Shown one piece after another: positions 29,474-41,300 of a DNA stretch of 64,000 bases. Within the stretch, counting starts at the first letter, position 1, and each line of letters opens with the position of its first letter. The stretch spans positions 1,120,001 to 1,184,000 of the forward strand of contig OZ257142.1 in assembly GCA_965279035.1 (NCBI GenBank). The letters are read 5' to 3'. The notes beneath the pieces are model-generated. The model saw only the letters and a list, made by a program, of their open reading frames with translations. It ran no database searches and was not told where the DNA came from. Source of the stretch: Bacteroidia bacterium (GTDB lineage: Bacteria; Bacteroidota; Bacteroidia; M30B66). The position numbers and the translations under genes are program-made.

Positions 29474-29884
29474 TTAAGCTTTATTTATCACCAACGTTTT
29501 GGTTATTTGGTCATGTAAACCTTGTCTTTTCAAGGTAAACAAAGCCATCACACATCCAAATCCTGCAGTGAAAAACGAAAACAAGCGTGCGAAATACCGG
29601 AAGAAAGCTTGAGGAACAGATAGTTGTTTGTTTTCGATTGTAACAATTTTGATTTTCAAGATCAACTTTCCTACTGTAGCGCCCAAACGACTGCTTTCCA
29701 TGAGTATTGAATACACACCATACACTTGGAAGAAAAATAAGGTGTTGATTTTGCGAAAAGTTTCATCACCAGCAAATTCACCAGTAATTATCCAGGAAAT
29801 AAATCCTGTTATCATACTAACAAGAATCCAATCGATAAAAGTGGCAATAACTCGTTTCCAAAAGGCTGCGTATTGTTCTACCAT
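29474..29884 (-). CDS. RDD family membrane protein
   Basis: FWKRVIATFID, GATVGK, RQGLHD. Confidence 0.9.
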   Translation of the reverse strand: MVEQYAAFWKRVIATFIDWILVSMITGFISWIITGEFAGDETFRKINTLFFFQVYGVYSILMESSRLGATVGKLILKIKIVTIENKQLSVPQAFFRYFARLFSFFTAGFGCVMALFTLKRQGLHDQITKTLVINKA

Positions 29885-29981
29885 AGCGTGTGTTCGGCTA
29901 CAAATTAATGACAATTCGAACGGTTCTTTTCTATCTTTTTAAATATTCGAATCGAATCCTATCTTCACGAAAAAAATAACC

Positions 29982-31019
29982 ATGAAAAAATTGCTGCCAA
30001 TCGTACTGTTTGCACTTTTTCTAAGTGCTTGCAAATCGACGGTGTCATATACAGGACTTCGACCTGCCGATGTGAATCTACCATCAGATATTAAATCGGT
30101 TGTATTAGTGAATCGCTACAAAGCCGATAAAAAGAACTCTTGGATTAATATCGTAGAAGGAATCTTTACGGGCGAAGTCATTTTTGCTGATAAGCGTGGT
30201 GTAGAGCAGGCATTGTCGGGTTTGCAACAACGACTTCAAAGTGGACCTAAATACACAGTTTCTATTGCAAGTGATCAATTAACTGGAACCGGAACGGGAG
30301 TTTTGCCTCCACCATTGAGTCAATCTGATATTCAAGCTTTGTGTTCACAATACAATGCTGACGCGGTTATAACATTAGAAGCATTCGATTCGGACATTGC
30401 TGTTTCTCATCAGCAGAAGATTAATAAACGCACCGAAAATGGGAATGTGATAGAAGATATTTATTTCGAAGCCTATGAAAATGTTCGAATCTCTATGTCG
30501 TGGCGCTTATATTTAAAAAGTTCAGGAACCATATTCGATCAATTTCAGATGACCACCAACCGTTCGTTTGCTAGTACTGGAAAAACACCTGAACTAGCAC
30601 GTGCAGCCTTGTTGTTTCCGGTTGATGCAATAATGCAAACTGGATTTCAAGGAGGTGATTCTTATGGAATTCGAATAGCTCCATCTTGGGTAAGTTATAC
30701 GCGAGAAATATATACCCGAGCAGCTCATCGAGCTGGAATGAAAACAGCAAAGCGCATGGCTTATCGCACCGAATGGGCTGATGCAGCCGTAATTTGGGAG
30801 AAGCTAAGTCAATCTACGAATCGAAAAGTAGCAAAGCGTGCAACATATAATCGCGCTGTTGCTGCAGAAATGATGGGCAATTTTGATGAAGCACTTGTTT
30901 GGGCTCGTAAAGCAGCTAACCAATATGGACTTCGCTCTGCTGATAATTACATCTATCAGCTCAACAGCCGATTGAATGAATTAAAGCGTCTCGATCAACA
31001 AATGAATCCGAATCCCTGA
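29982..31019 (+). CDS. Lipoprotein with C-terminal TPR (DUF6340-like)
   Basis: Lipobox LSAC; LRPA motif; YNRAVAAEMMGNFDEALVWA TPR. Confidence 0.7.
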   Translation: MKKLLPIVLFALFLSACKSTVSYTGLRPADVNLPSDIKSVVLVNRYKADKKNSWINIVEGIFTGEVIFADKRGVEQALSGLQQRLQSGPKYTVSIASDQLTGTGTGVLPPPLSQSDIQALCSQYNADAVITLEAFDSDIAVSHQQKINKRTENGNVIEDIYFEAYENVRISMSWRLYLKSSGTIFDQFQMTTNRSFASTGKTPELARAALLFPVDAIMQTGFQGGDSYGIRIAPSWVSYTREIYTRAAHRAGMKTAKRMAYRTEWADAAVIWEKLSQSTNRKVAKRATYNRAVAAEMMGNFDEALVWARKAANQYGLRSADNYIYQLNSRLNELKRLDQQMNPNP

Positions 31020-31041
31020 AAAATTTATGAATTAATGCAAA

Positions 31042-32013
31042 TCAGATCCCTATTGGATGCCAGGTCGTTTTCACTTCCAGATAATCCATAATTCGGTATG
31101 GTGATTCCTGCTTGGCATCCGACCAGTTTGGCTCTGCATCGATACGAACTCGTTTTACATTCAAAGCAGCATTCGTTTCGGCCGATTTTTTCTGAGCTTC
31201 ATCCGAAGTGCAGATGTACAAGGCATTCACATCCATGTGTGTGGAAAAGTGCGAAAGCAACTCCTTCGTTTCCCCAGTAAGTATGTTGACTACTCCACCA
31301 GGAACATCCGACGAATTAAGCACTTCAGCAAATGTAACAGCACACAATGGAAGATCACGAGATGCTAAAACAACACAGGTATTTCCACCAGCAATTACAG
31401 GTGCAATAACCGAAATCAAACCAAGCAATCCGCTTTTCTGAGGAGCAATCATGGCAACCACACCCATTGCTTCGGTAGACGAAAAGTTAAAGTGTGAACT
31501 ACTCACAGGATTGACTGTACTGAAAATCGCGTTGTATTTATCACACCATCCGGCATAATAGATCAGACGATCAACCGATAATTCTACTTCTGCTTTTGCT
31601 GCTGCTTTTGTGCTTCCCTGTTGGATTAATTCTTCAACAAATTGAGCTGTTCGTGTTTCTAACATTTCTGCAATGCGATACAGAATCTGACTGCGATTTA
31701 ATGCCGCTCTTCCTGCCCAACTTTCTTGTGCTTCGCGTGCTTTCACAACGGCATTTCTAAAATCTTTACGAGAAGAAAGACAAATATTGACAACCTCTCC
31801 GTCGTTCAAGGTCAAAGGATAATAACGCCCGGATTCTGTTCTAGGAAATTGTCCGCCTATATAAATCTTATAGGTTTTCAATACCTTGATTCGGTTGCTT
31901 GTTGTAGAAATGGATTCAGCTTTACCATTGGCACTCACGGCAGTTTTAGATTCTGCTGGAATTGCTTTGCTTACTTTATCCGGTTTAGCTGTTGCTTTAG
32001 TTGATGTTGCCAT
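31042..32013 (-). CDS. Truncated aldehyde dehydrogenase-family protein lacking the catalytic domain
   Basis: KTYKIYIGGQFPRTESGR, YYAGWCDK and GVVNILTG are present; ELGGK and GxxC motifs are absent. Confidence 0.85.
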   Translation of the reverse strand: MATSTKATAKPDKVSKAIPAESKTAVSANGKAESISTTSNRIKVLKTYKIYIGGQFPRTESGRYYPLTLNDGEVVNICLSSRKDFRNAVVKAREAQESWAGRAALNRSQILYRIAEMLETRTAQFVEELIQQGSTKAAAKAEVELSVDRLIYYAGWCDKYNAIFSTVNPVSSSHFNFSSTEAMGVVAMIAPQKSGLLGLISVIAPVIAGGNTCVVLASRDLPLCAVTFAEVLNSSDVPGGVVNILTGETKELLSHFSTHMDVNALYICTSDEAQKKSAETNAALNVKRVRIDAEPNWSDAKQESPYRIMDYLEVKTTWHPIGI

Positions 32014-32030
32014 GAGGAAATTCTTTGAAA

Positions 32031-33533
32031 TCAGGAAAACTGGAGATAGGGTAGAAGTCCGTGAAGACCGCCTTCGCGACCAAAGCCACTTTCCTTATAA
32101 CCGCCAAACGGAGATGACGGATCAAATTTGTTATAGGTATTTGCCCACACAACACCCGCTTTGAGCTTGGTAGTCATGTTGAAAATCTTAGATCCTTTAT
32201 CTGTCCAAACTCCAGCACTCAAACCAAATGGTGTATTGTTCGCTTTCTCAATCACTTCTTCCACTGTTCTAAACGTTTGAACGGCTAGCACAGGTCCGAA
32301 AATTTCTTCCTGAACTACGCGATGACTTTGAGATGTATGTAAAAACAAGGTAGGCTTACAGAAATATCCTTTAGCTGGAACAGAACAATTCGGCTGATAA
32401 ATTTCAGCACCTTCATTCACGCCAATTTTTAAGTATTCGTTGATTTTCTTGAGTTGTTCTTTGGAGTTGATTGCTCCGATGTCGGTGTTTTTATCCATCG
32501 GATCACCAACAATTAAGCTTTCCATCCGATCTTTCAATTTGCGAACAACCTTATCGGCCACGCCTTCTTGAACAAACAAACGAGATCCAGCGCAGCAAAC
32601 GTGACCTTGATTGAAGAAAATCCCATTAACGATTCCTTCAACCGCTTGATCTAATGGAGCATCTTCAAAAATGATATTAGCTGCTTTACCTCCTAATTCC
32701 AAGGTGAGTTTCTTCCCAGTTCCGGCTATTGCTTTCTGAATGATTTTGCCCACGTCGGTCGAACCAGTAAATGCAATTTTATCCACACCTGGATGATTTA
32801 CAATCGCAGCTCCGGTTGCACCAGCACCTGTTACAATATTCACCACACCAGCCGGTAATCCAGCTTCTTGGAATATCTCAGCCAATTTCAAAGCGGTGAG
32901 AGGTGTTGTTTCTGCAGGTTTTAGAACAACGGTATTTCCAGTAGCTAAAGCGGGAGCAATTTTCCATGCTGCCATTAACAAAGGGAAATTCCAAGGGATG
33001 ATTTGTCCAGCAACACCAATCGATTTTACTTCACGTCCCGGAAATGCATATTCCAGTTTATCGGCCCAACCGGCATAATAGAAAAAGTGATTTGCTGCAA
33101 GAGGCACATCTATGTCGCGACTTTCTCGAATCGATTTTCCACCATCCATAGTTTCAATTACAGCAAATTCCCGAGCGCGTTCCTGAATCAAACGTGCAAT
33201 GCGATAAATATACTTTCCACGTTCCTTTGCTGGCATTTTGCTCCACACATTTTCGTAGGCATCACGAGCCGCTTTTACAGCAATATCGACGTCTTCCTGA
33301 GTAGCTTCAGCAATTCGAGCAAGCGATTGTTCGGTTGATGGACTGAATGTTTCGAAATATCCACCCTTCACAGGTTTCACCCATTCACCGTTGATAAAAA
33401 GCTCATACTGCTTTTGCAAACGTATGTGTCCAGTAGATTCCGGAGCTGGGGCATAAGCAAACTTGGAAATAAAATCGAGCGACAAGTCAGAAGCCTCTGC
33501 TGATTTCGATGATTTATTCGATTTTTTCGACAT
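32031..33533 (-). CDS. Aldehyde dehydrogenase (probably acetaldehyde)
   Basis: IIPWNFP, FTGST, LELGGK, NQGHVCCAG, EEIFGPV, PFGGYKESG. Confidence 0.93.
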   Translation of the reverse strand: MSKKSNKSSKSAEASDLSLDFISKFAYAPAPESTGHIRLQKQYELFINGEWVKPVKGGYFETFSPSTEQSLARIAEATQEDVDIAVKAARDAYENVWSKMPAKERGKYIYRIARLIQERAREFAVIETMDGGKSIRESRDIDVPLAANHFFYYAGWADKLEYAFPGREVKSIGVAGQIIPWNFPLLMAAWKIAPALATGNTVVLKPAETTPLTALKLAEIFQEAGLPAGVVNIVTGAGATGAAIVNHPGVDKIAFTGSTDVGKIIQKAIAGTGKKLTLELGGKAANIIFEDAPLDQAVEGIVNGIFFNQGHVCCAGSRLFVQEGVADKVVRKLKDRMESLIVGDPMDKNTDIGAINSKEQLKKINEYLKIGVNEGAEIYQPNCSVPAKGYFCKPTLFLHTSQSHRVVQEEIFGPVLAVQTFRTVEEVIEKANNTPFGLSAGVWTDKGSKIFNMTTKLKAGVVWANTYNKFDPSSPFGGYKESGFGREGGLHGLLPYLQFS

Positions 33534-33559
33534 GATATGAGAATAATCGGGCGATGCCC

Positions 33560-34471
33560 TTAGTCGTTCGAGAAATAATTCAAACTTTGATAAACACCAG
33601 TTTCCTGTTTCACCAATTGCATGACAATATCATTAGCCAATTTAGAAGCACCGAAACGGAACCAATCTGGGTGAAGCCAATCAGCACCAAGGGTTTCTTT
33701 CACCATAACGAGATAATGAAGAGCCAGTTTGGAGTTGGCAATTCCACCGGCAGGTTTCATCCCAATCATTTTACCCGTAGCGTAGTAATAATCTCGAATG
33801 GCTTCAAGCATTACCAATGTAACAGGCATGGTAGCGGCAGGTTGAATTTTACCGGTTGAGGTTTTGATAAAATCGGCTCCAGCTAGAATGGCTAAATCAG
33901 ATGCTTTACGAACATTATCAAGCGTGCTGAGTTCTCCTGTTTCGAGGATAACTTTCAAATGTGCTTTTCCACAAGCATCTTTGATAGCAGCAATTTCATC
34001 AAAAACGAAATTGAATTCACCAGAAAGAAATTTCCCTCGGCTAATCACCATATCGATTTCATCGGCACCTTCATCCACAGCAAAACGAGTATCGTCTAGC
34101 TTAACTTTAAGCGGTGATAAACCACTAGGGAAAGCTGTTGCAACAGAAGCAACGTGAATTTTACTTCCTGCCAAAGCCTTACGAGCAACTTTCACCATGG
34201 TTGGATATACGCAAACCGCAGCAACCTGAGGAATTCCAGGAAAAGCATCGTGTGGATGCATGGCCTTGTAACACATTTGCTGAACTTTCCCAACCGAATC
34301 TTTTCCTTCGAGAGTAGTTAAGTCGATCATGCTCATGGCTAGTTTTAAGCCGGCAATTTTGGTTTCGTCTTTAATGCTTCGCGATTGAAAGCGTGCACAT
34401 CGTTCTTCAACGCCAACTTGATCGATGGTTGGACTAAATGCTGAATTGTATGATTTTAATATTGTTCCCAT
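33560..34471 (-). CDS. deoC: Deoxyribose-phosphate aldolase
   Basis: IDLTTL, GADEIDMV, LKVILETGEL, DFIKTSTGK, KPAGGI, RFGAS. Confidence 0.95.
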   Translation of the reverse strand: MGTILKSYNSAFSPTIDQVGVEERCARFQSRSIKDETKIAGLKLAMSMIDLTTLEGKDSVGKVQQMCYKAMHPHDAFPGIPQVAAVCVYPTMVKVARKALAGSKIHVASVATAFPSGLSPLKVKLDDTRFAVDEGADEIDMVISRGKFLSGEFNFVFDEIAAIKDACGKAHLKVILETGELSTLDNVRKASDLAILAGADFIKTSTGKIQPAATMPVTLVMLEAIRDYYYATGKMIGMKPAGGIANSKLALHYLVMVKETLGADWLHPDWFRFGASKLANDIVMQLVKQETGVYQSLNYFSND

Positions 34472-34504
34472 TCGTGGTTCTTACTCAAAAGTAGGAAATT
34501 TGAT

Positions 34505-34861
34505 TTAACGCAACTTAGTTGGCAATAAAGGCAATAATATCCAAGCTAATAAACAACCTGTAGTATTCGCGGCAAAATCTCCCCAATCGGCAGTTCTATC
34601 AGTGTAAAATGCCCATTGAAGAAATTCTATCAATCCTCCATAAATTACAACAAATACAGTAATCCAAAGACTGGATAGTCCATTTTGAACTCCAAATCGT
34701 TGCCATCGTAAATACAAGAGATTCAATAATCCAAAAACACCCAGATGGGCGAATTTGTCAAAATTAATTAAATGAATTTCTGGCATATCTCTACCGGGCA
34801 GTAATGTTAATGTACTAACAACAACTGTCCAGATAATGGCAGGCAGAGTATATCTGCGCAT
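34505..34861 (-). CDS. VanZ family protein
   Basis: DKFAH, GGLIEFLQ, RTADWGDFAANTTG. Confidence 0.88.
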   Translation of the reverse strand: MRRYTLPAIIWTVVVSTLTLLPGRDMPEIHLINFDKFAHLGVFGLLNLLYLRWQRFGVQNGLSSLWITVFVVIYGGLIEFLQWAFYTDRTADWGDFAANTTGCLLAWILLPLLPTKLR

Positions 34862-34865
34862 GGAA

Positions 34866-35246
34866 TTAATGTCCAATCAATGCCTTGTAGTCGGCAGCAG
34901 AAAGGAGCGAAGAGGTATTATCGGGATTACTAAGTTTTACTTTGATAATCCATCCATCACCATAAGGATCGCTATTAACCGTTTCAGGAGCTCCATCCAA
35001 GATGTTGTTAAACTCAATGATTTCAGCAGTAACTGGCATGAATAAATCAGAAACTGTTTTTACGGCTTCTATGGAACCGAAAACTTCTTCTGATTCAATG
35101 GTTTCACCAACTGTGTCAACTTCAACAAAAACGATATCACCCAATTCACTTTGAGCAAATTCTGTTATGCCAATTGTAGCATTATCGCCTTCAATGCGAA
35201 TCCATTCGTGATCTTTGGTGTATAAGAGATTTTCTGGGAAATTCAT
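34866..35246 (-). CDS. gcvH: Glycine cleavage system H protein
   Basis: [19 protein letters not shown], lipoyl-lysine motif IEAVKTVSD. Confidence 0.96.
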   Translation of the reverse strand: MNFPENLLYTKDHEWIRIEGDNATIGITEFAQSELGDIVFVEVDTVGETIESEEVFGSIEAVKTVSDLFMPVTAEIIEFNNILDGAPETVNSDPYGDGWIIKVKLSNPDNTSSLLSAADYKALIGH

Positions 35247-35321
35247 GCGTATTAATTTTGTTTCCAAACCTACGTGTTTTGTTCACATACAGCAAGAAAA
35301 CAGAGGAAATAAAATAGTAGA

Positions 35322-38300
35322 TTATTGATTTAATGTAAATCGCAAACTCAAGCCGAAACTGGTATTTGAATTTGGAAATTGATTCGAGATAAAAGGCTTA
35401 TTAGAAGTTCTATCGAAGAATAATCGAATGGTGAACTTCGAATTCACAACATAATCAGCCGTTGTTTTAATTGTGATGTTCTGTTGTCCAGCTGATAATA
35501 TTGGATCAAAGATCGTTTCACCTTCAATAGGAATCTTGCGAACAACCGTTTTATTCGTTCTGATGGTTACATCACATCGAACGTTGAGGTCGCTTTTAAT
35601 TTTCTTGGTTGAGCCAACTACTTTAAACGGTAATTCAACATTATTGAAAACGTATCCCGATCCAATTGTTATTTCTTTTCCGTTCACTTCCGTAATTTGA
35701 GAATTCTGTAAACTCAAAGATAAATCGCGCGTTTTACGCATCTCGAATTTAGTGATCAAACTATTTTTCCAGGTCATATCCACATTCAACATAGGCCCAA
35801 ATTGTTCGGATAGTGACGCCATTAGAATATTTAATTGTGGAATGACGTTGCCTGTTTGATCCGTTGAATTTGGGTTTTGTAATGCTAATAGGTTAGTGGT
35901 AAACGATCCGATATTGAATGTTGAACGGTAAGAATGACTTAAGGAAATGGTTTTGAAATACTTCTTAAAGAAATCGAGTTTGGTTAATCCATCATATGTT
36001 ATTCTCCAATTCGGTTTGGGAATAGCTGGGAACATACTCAGACTCTGTTTCGAAGGATCATTGCCCATGTAGGTAGACATGAATGAATACAACAATACAT
36101 CTTGTTGTGTACTTCCAAATCCTGTTGGGTAATTAGTTGTTGGATTAACACTGTTTGTTGAAAGTCGACTCGCTACAGCATGCCGATTATCTAAGAAACG
36201 TTGGAAATTATTAGAAGTGTGTAGTTTATTATCAAGCTTTTCAAAGGCAGTTCCCCATGTATTGGTCGACATACTGAATGTTCCCGTTTTGAGTGTACTT
36301 ACTTCCTGGAACTGATCAGTATTGGCATTGTACTTATAAATTGTGCTAAAACTTTCGGAATAAGTTCGATTGGCATTCAGTGTAATTCTTAGCCCTGGAA
36401 TAGGTTCAATAGTCGCATTCCAAGTTAAGTTCTTCGATAAAGTTTTGGTAAAGGCATTATTGAACGTTGTGTCTCGAGTGAGTGCACCGCGTTGAACCAT
36501 TAAACTCCGAATATCTTGTTGACTACCAAATAAAAATCCAGTTGTAGGTGTTCCACTTTTCCAATCACGACCTATGTATTGACTTGAATTAATAAATCCG
36601 GGTAAGCCTGTACCATTTGTTTCGGTATATGTTACAGAAACATTTTTTAGCATCATCAGAAATTTGGCTGCATTTTCTAGAATGATATCAAAAGCGGTTT
36701 CTTTTTTCTCTGTAGAATCTTTTTTCGCTTTGGGATCTTTAGGTGCATTCGGGTCTTTTGGATCTTTCGGTGCAGCTTTCTTTTTATTAGTCTTAGGCTT
36801 TGTTCCTTTTTTCTGGTTGATTTTTTTAAGATAAGGTACCTTGTTATAAAGCTGCATTAGATTGGCCTGCCCACTCGAATTGATACTGTTAGAATTCGTT
36901 ATAGAATTTCCAAAAGGATTCGCTTTAAATTTATTAGCATTTGAGCTGTCTCTAACTAATGGTGCCGCAACCCAAGAATATGTTGCTCCATAAGACACAT
37001 TTCCCGACACCCAATTTAAGATTGGAACTTTTGAAAAAGGAATAGTGTACGATGCATTTAATGTATGCTGATAATTCGTATTACGTCCACCTTTTTTCAA
37101 ATTCCGAATGACCGAATCACGTTTAGAATTTGTATTAATCGCTCCAGGTTCTTCATCTACACGACTTTGATTGGTCGCCATGAAATCGAGTTGAAGTGAT
37201 TTAGTTAATGGATATTTGAGATCATAGACTCGACTCCAAGTAAACGATTTGAAGAACGTCGTATCAATTTTCAACAAGGCGATATCGGAAGTGTTCCTCA
37301 ATTTTTGGGAATTGAAATCACGTGCAATATCTGATCTAAAGGCAATTCTCGATGGAGACAAACCAATATTAAAATCTTTAATCAAGGCCAAGGCTTTTGA
37401 TTTCTCAAGCAACTTTGATTTTTTGAAAGGCTCCCACGCTTTAGCTTTTGGGGCATAGGTGTATCCTAATCCAACATCTATGTTTTTGGTATAGTTAAAT
37501 TCAACTTGGGGCGATCGTTGAAACTGGTCAGAAAAAGCATAAGTAAAATCTAAGTTTTCTACATCAAAGAAATGTGCTTTCGTTGCTCCTTGCTTTTTGT
37601 TTTTCTTCACATTAGTGAAGTTGATACTTCGGCGCTTTGTATATATCTGAGAAAGTTGTTTGAGTGAATCTCTAGCTCCTTCGCTCGGTTGATAGTCTAA
37701 TGCTCGTTGAAATTTCACATCGGCATCGAGTGGATCAAATTGCGGATTACTAATATTTTCGCCCAATTCCCAATACAATGGGATTGACATATTCCATGTT
37801 TTTGGAAAAAACTTCCCTAATTCAAGATTGCTAATGATACTATAGGTTGTTGTATTCGCACGCGCCCTTTCCATAGGCTTCTTTTCAATACTACCAAAAC
37901 CAAATGTAGTTCTACTACCAGCCAAAGCGATAGTTCCCAAATCGGCTAGTTTTGCTGTAACTCGTGCATTTGCAGCCCATCCACCAGCTTCAAAATAATC
38001 CGAAACGCGTAATTCATTCACCCAAATTTCGGCACATCCAACAGAACCATCATCTGGCCAAGGATTGTACTCGTCATTTTGAGGATTTCGAATACCAATC
38101 ATCATGGTTTTTACTCCCGAAATTTGTGGTACTCCAACTACTGTAATTCGGTTATCAGGAAAATCAGGATCTTGATAATAGAAGGGTTTGTTAAACGTGA
38201 TACTCGGATCAGAAAGCATCAGCGTATTCCGATTTATCTTCGCATTCGTAAGTGTTTCAAGGAGGAAATTGAAGCTATTGTTCCAAATGTCTTCAGGATT

Positions 38301-41300
38301 GGCAGTTCCATCTGCACAACGCTTTAATGGAATTTCATATTCGTAATAGTTATTTACGAAATCTGTCCCCAAGCGAATAAATGCAGTAAGTTGTTTGTCT
38401 GGCCATTGATTATTATTCATCGATTCAGCATGTACTTCCATACGAATACGACGATAAGCCCGAATATCTAAATTGGTGTTTTTAAAAACTGCTCTTGCAT
38501 CTCCATCTTCCAAATTACACACGCGTAGTTGCAAGGATTGCTCATTTAGCTGTTGAAGATTCGTTGTTGTTACATCAACTTCTCTTCGGATTTGAGGAGG
38601 TAACACATAATTAACAGGTGTTTTATCTCCGTTTTCTTCAATATTAACAGTTGATACTTGAAATTGGGTGTTTAAATCATTTCCGATGAATAAACCGGGT
38701 TCTTTCAGACTATAATCGAAACGTCTCCACTCTGCACGTACCAATTCTAAACGAGCCATACGAACAACCACTTCTTGTTGCCAATTATGGAAAAACATCC
38801 GCATAAAACGAATCGAACGGAAATCGCTAATTGATCCTACTTTGTTTGAATAGCTTCGGATAGGAACTCGAAATTGATACCATGTAACATCAATGGGTTT
38901 TCCATTCGCTAATTCTCCTTTTCCGGGTACTTTATCGATGATGTAATTTTGACCAACCACCATATCCTGTGGCCTTAAACTCAAACGATATTGAAAATAA
39001 GCTTCTGAAGTACTTAAGGTATTATCACTATTGATGTCTTCAATATTAGGTAATGGAGAATTTGCTGTAGGATATGATTCTATTGGATCTTGACCTAATC
39101 TTGAATTATTTTCAAGTCCATTGTATAAGGTGTAGCGAGTTAAAATATCGGCCGATTGTGCATCCCATTCTGAACTGCGGAAGAAACGATAATCATCATT
39201 CGAAGGATCTGCTTGCAATTGTGTAAATGCATCAGCATTCAATACAGATTGTGCTTCTGTTAAATAATCTTGAAAGAAAACGCGTTCAGAATCATTCGGT
39301 AAACCATCGAGTCCAACATCCTGTAAAGGACGACTTGTTGGATTATTATCAAAAGCTCTTACTAAAGGTGGAGCTGTAGGATGTTTTCCCCAAGTTGTGT
39401 AAGCTACGTTAGTGTTTTCGGCTGTAACTGGAATTCCATTTTCAAATGATTGCTGGCCATCACGAAGAATATCTTCCGAAATATTTCCAATGTTGATGTA
39501 AAAATCTCCACCCGTTCCATTGTTGATTGGTGTTCCAGCTAATCCATCTGCAAATGGATCCATCATCCAAAACTCAATGTAATCGATGTTTGCTGACTCA
39601 AAATCGTTCGTTTCAATTCGGCGCATGATGCCCGCCCAACGCGTTCTTGGATCTTTTAATGTACCATCCGGATTTAATCCTTTGGCGTATGGATTATCAT
39701 TTACAACATAATTATACGGACCACGAAGAGTTGGATTAAAATGCATGTCTAAAACAGGCATAATCTGCACTTGACCATTTGGTCGCGCTTTATTCGGGAA
39801 AATTTCTGTTTCAACAATTTGACGCATGAAATTATTACTCTGCATCGGAGAATCTTTTACATTCTCGGGTGTTGTACTCCCATTTCTCGAAAACAAAGGA
39901 TCAATTGTATACCAATTAATTTTTGAACGATTGTTATTGTATCTCCTATCGTCAAACAAAGTTCCTTCTGTTAACAACGATAATTGTCCACTTGGGGTTG
40001 AAGCTAAAAACCAATTACCAAAACTTCGAATATCGATGGAAGATTCTGCTCCTTCGAAATCATCGATGTAGGACAGTCCATCTTTACCAATCACTTTGGA
40101 ATGTCCTGGAATTAGTTTAGCACCTTCCCAACTGGCTGTGATCGAAGATGTTTCTTTCGTGCTGTAAAATGGAAGTTTGTCAACCAAACGAGTTAGAAAG
40201 CGAGAATCACTTTTGAAATTCCCATCAATTCCTAAAATGGTATTGTTGATAGGCTCATCTCCAATATTGATTTTCTGAGTCATTGGACGTTCGCTCAGAT
40301 TCATCACCGTTGCTCCCAAACCAAAATCTTTCGAAATCTTATAATCGAAATGTGCACCCATCAAACGCTTACTCTGAATAGCAAAGAGTGTATTGGTTTC
40401 GAGTGAAATGCTAATAGGCGTTTGTGAATTGAGTAATCCTTGGTTAATAATCCGTACACGACCTAAGGCATAGTCAACCGTATAATCCACATTTTCGGTA
40501 AGAGGCAAACCTCCTGCTGTTACAGTAACTGAACCTTGAGGAACATTCATCGCATTCAAGGAAATTTCTGAACCCGAAGCAGATTGATATGAACCTTGAA
40601 TGTAGAAACGATTGTGCTGTGCGTCGAGTTGAGCTAATGGTTTCGTTGTTACATACAAGGAATCAAAAGCATAACGATTGGCTAAAGGATTTTCATCGGG
40701 TTGTATGTACTTACTTCTCAGGAATTTTTTAAATGGTTCCCGCATAGGGAAAATAATTCTTCCTTTATCTGATTGAATAGTCTTACCCTCAATGAAATCG
40801 TAAAATCCATCGGCTTGAGGATCGTTTTGATTATTCAATCGATCGAGGTTAAACAATTGGAGAAGTATCTTTCCTTTTACTTGAATTCCCTCAGGAATCA
40901 CGTTCATCTTCACACTTGTTTGCTCATCCTGATAAAGAACGTTTAGCTTGAAATTGTCTTTACTAATCTGATATCCATTAAGTGAATACACGTTTTTCAT
41001 CATCAAATCCCAAATGGGTTTTTTGGTGAAAACCTGAGTGCTTTTAAGCATTTTTAAAACGAGAATTCCAGTACCCTGAACATCCGTAGAAAACTCACCA
41101 ACTTGATATACTTGCTGTCCTTGAGCAGTATTTATTGTATACTGATAAGCTACCGATAAAACCTCATCCGCATTAAGCGCTTGATTTAATGAAACGTAAC
41201 CAAGCAATGGGTTGAATGTATATTCTGTTGGACTTAACAGTCGCGCATTTTGAAGGTATTCATAATCAACTGCCGGAATAAACTGAGGATTTTGATTTAG

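Noticed and set aside
36720-36830. Lys/Pro-rich PKDPK repeats inside sprA
   Set aside because: Low-complexity variable loop within an intact conserved gene.
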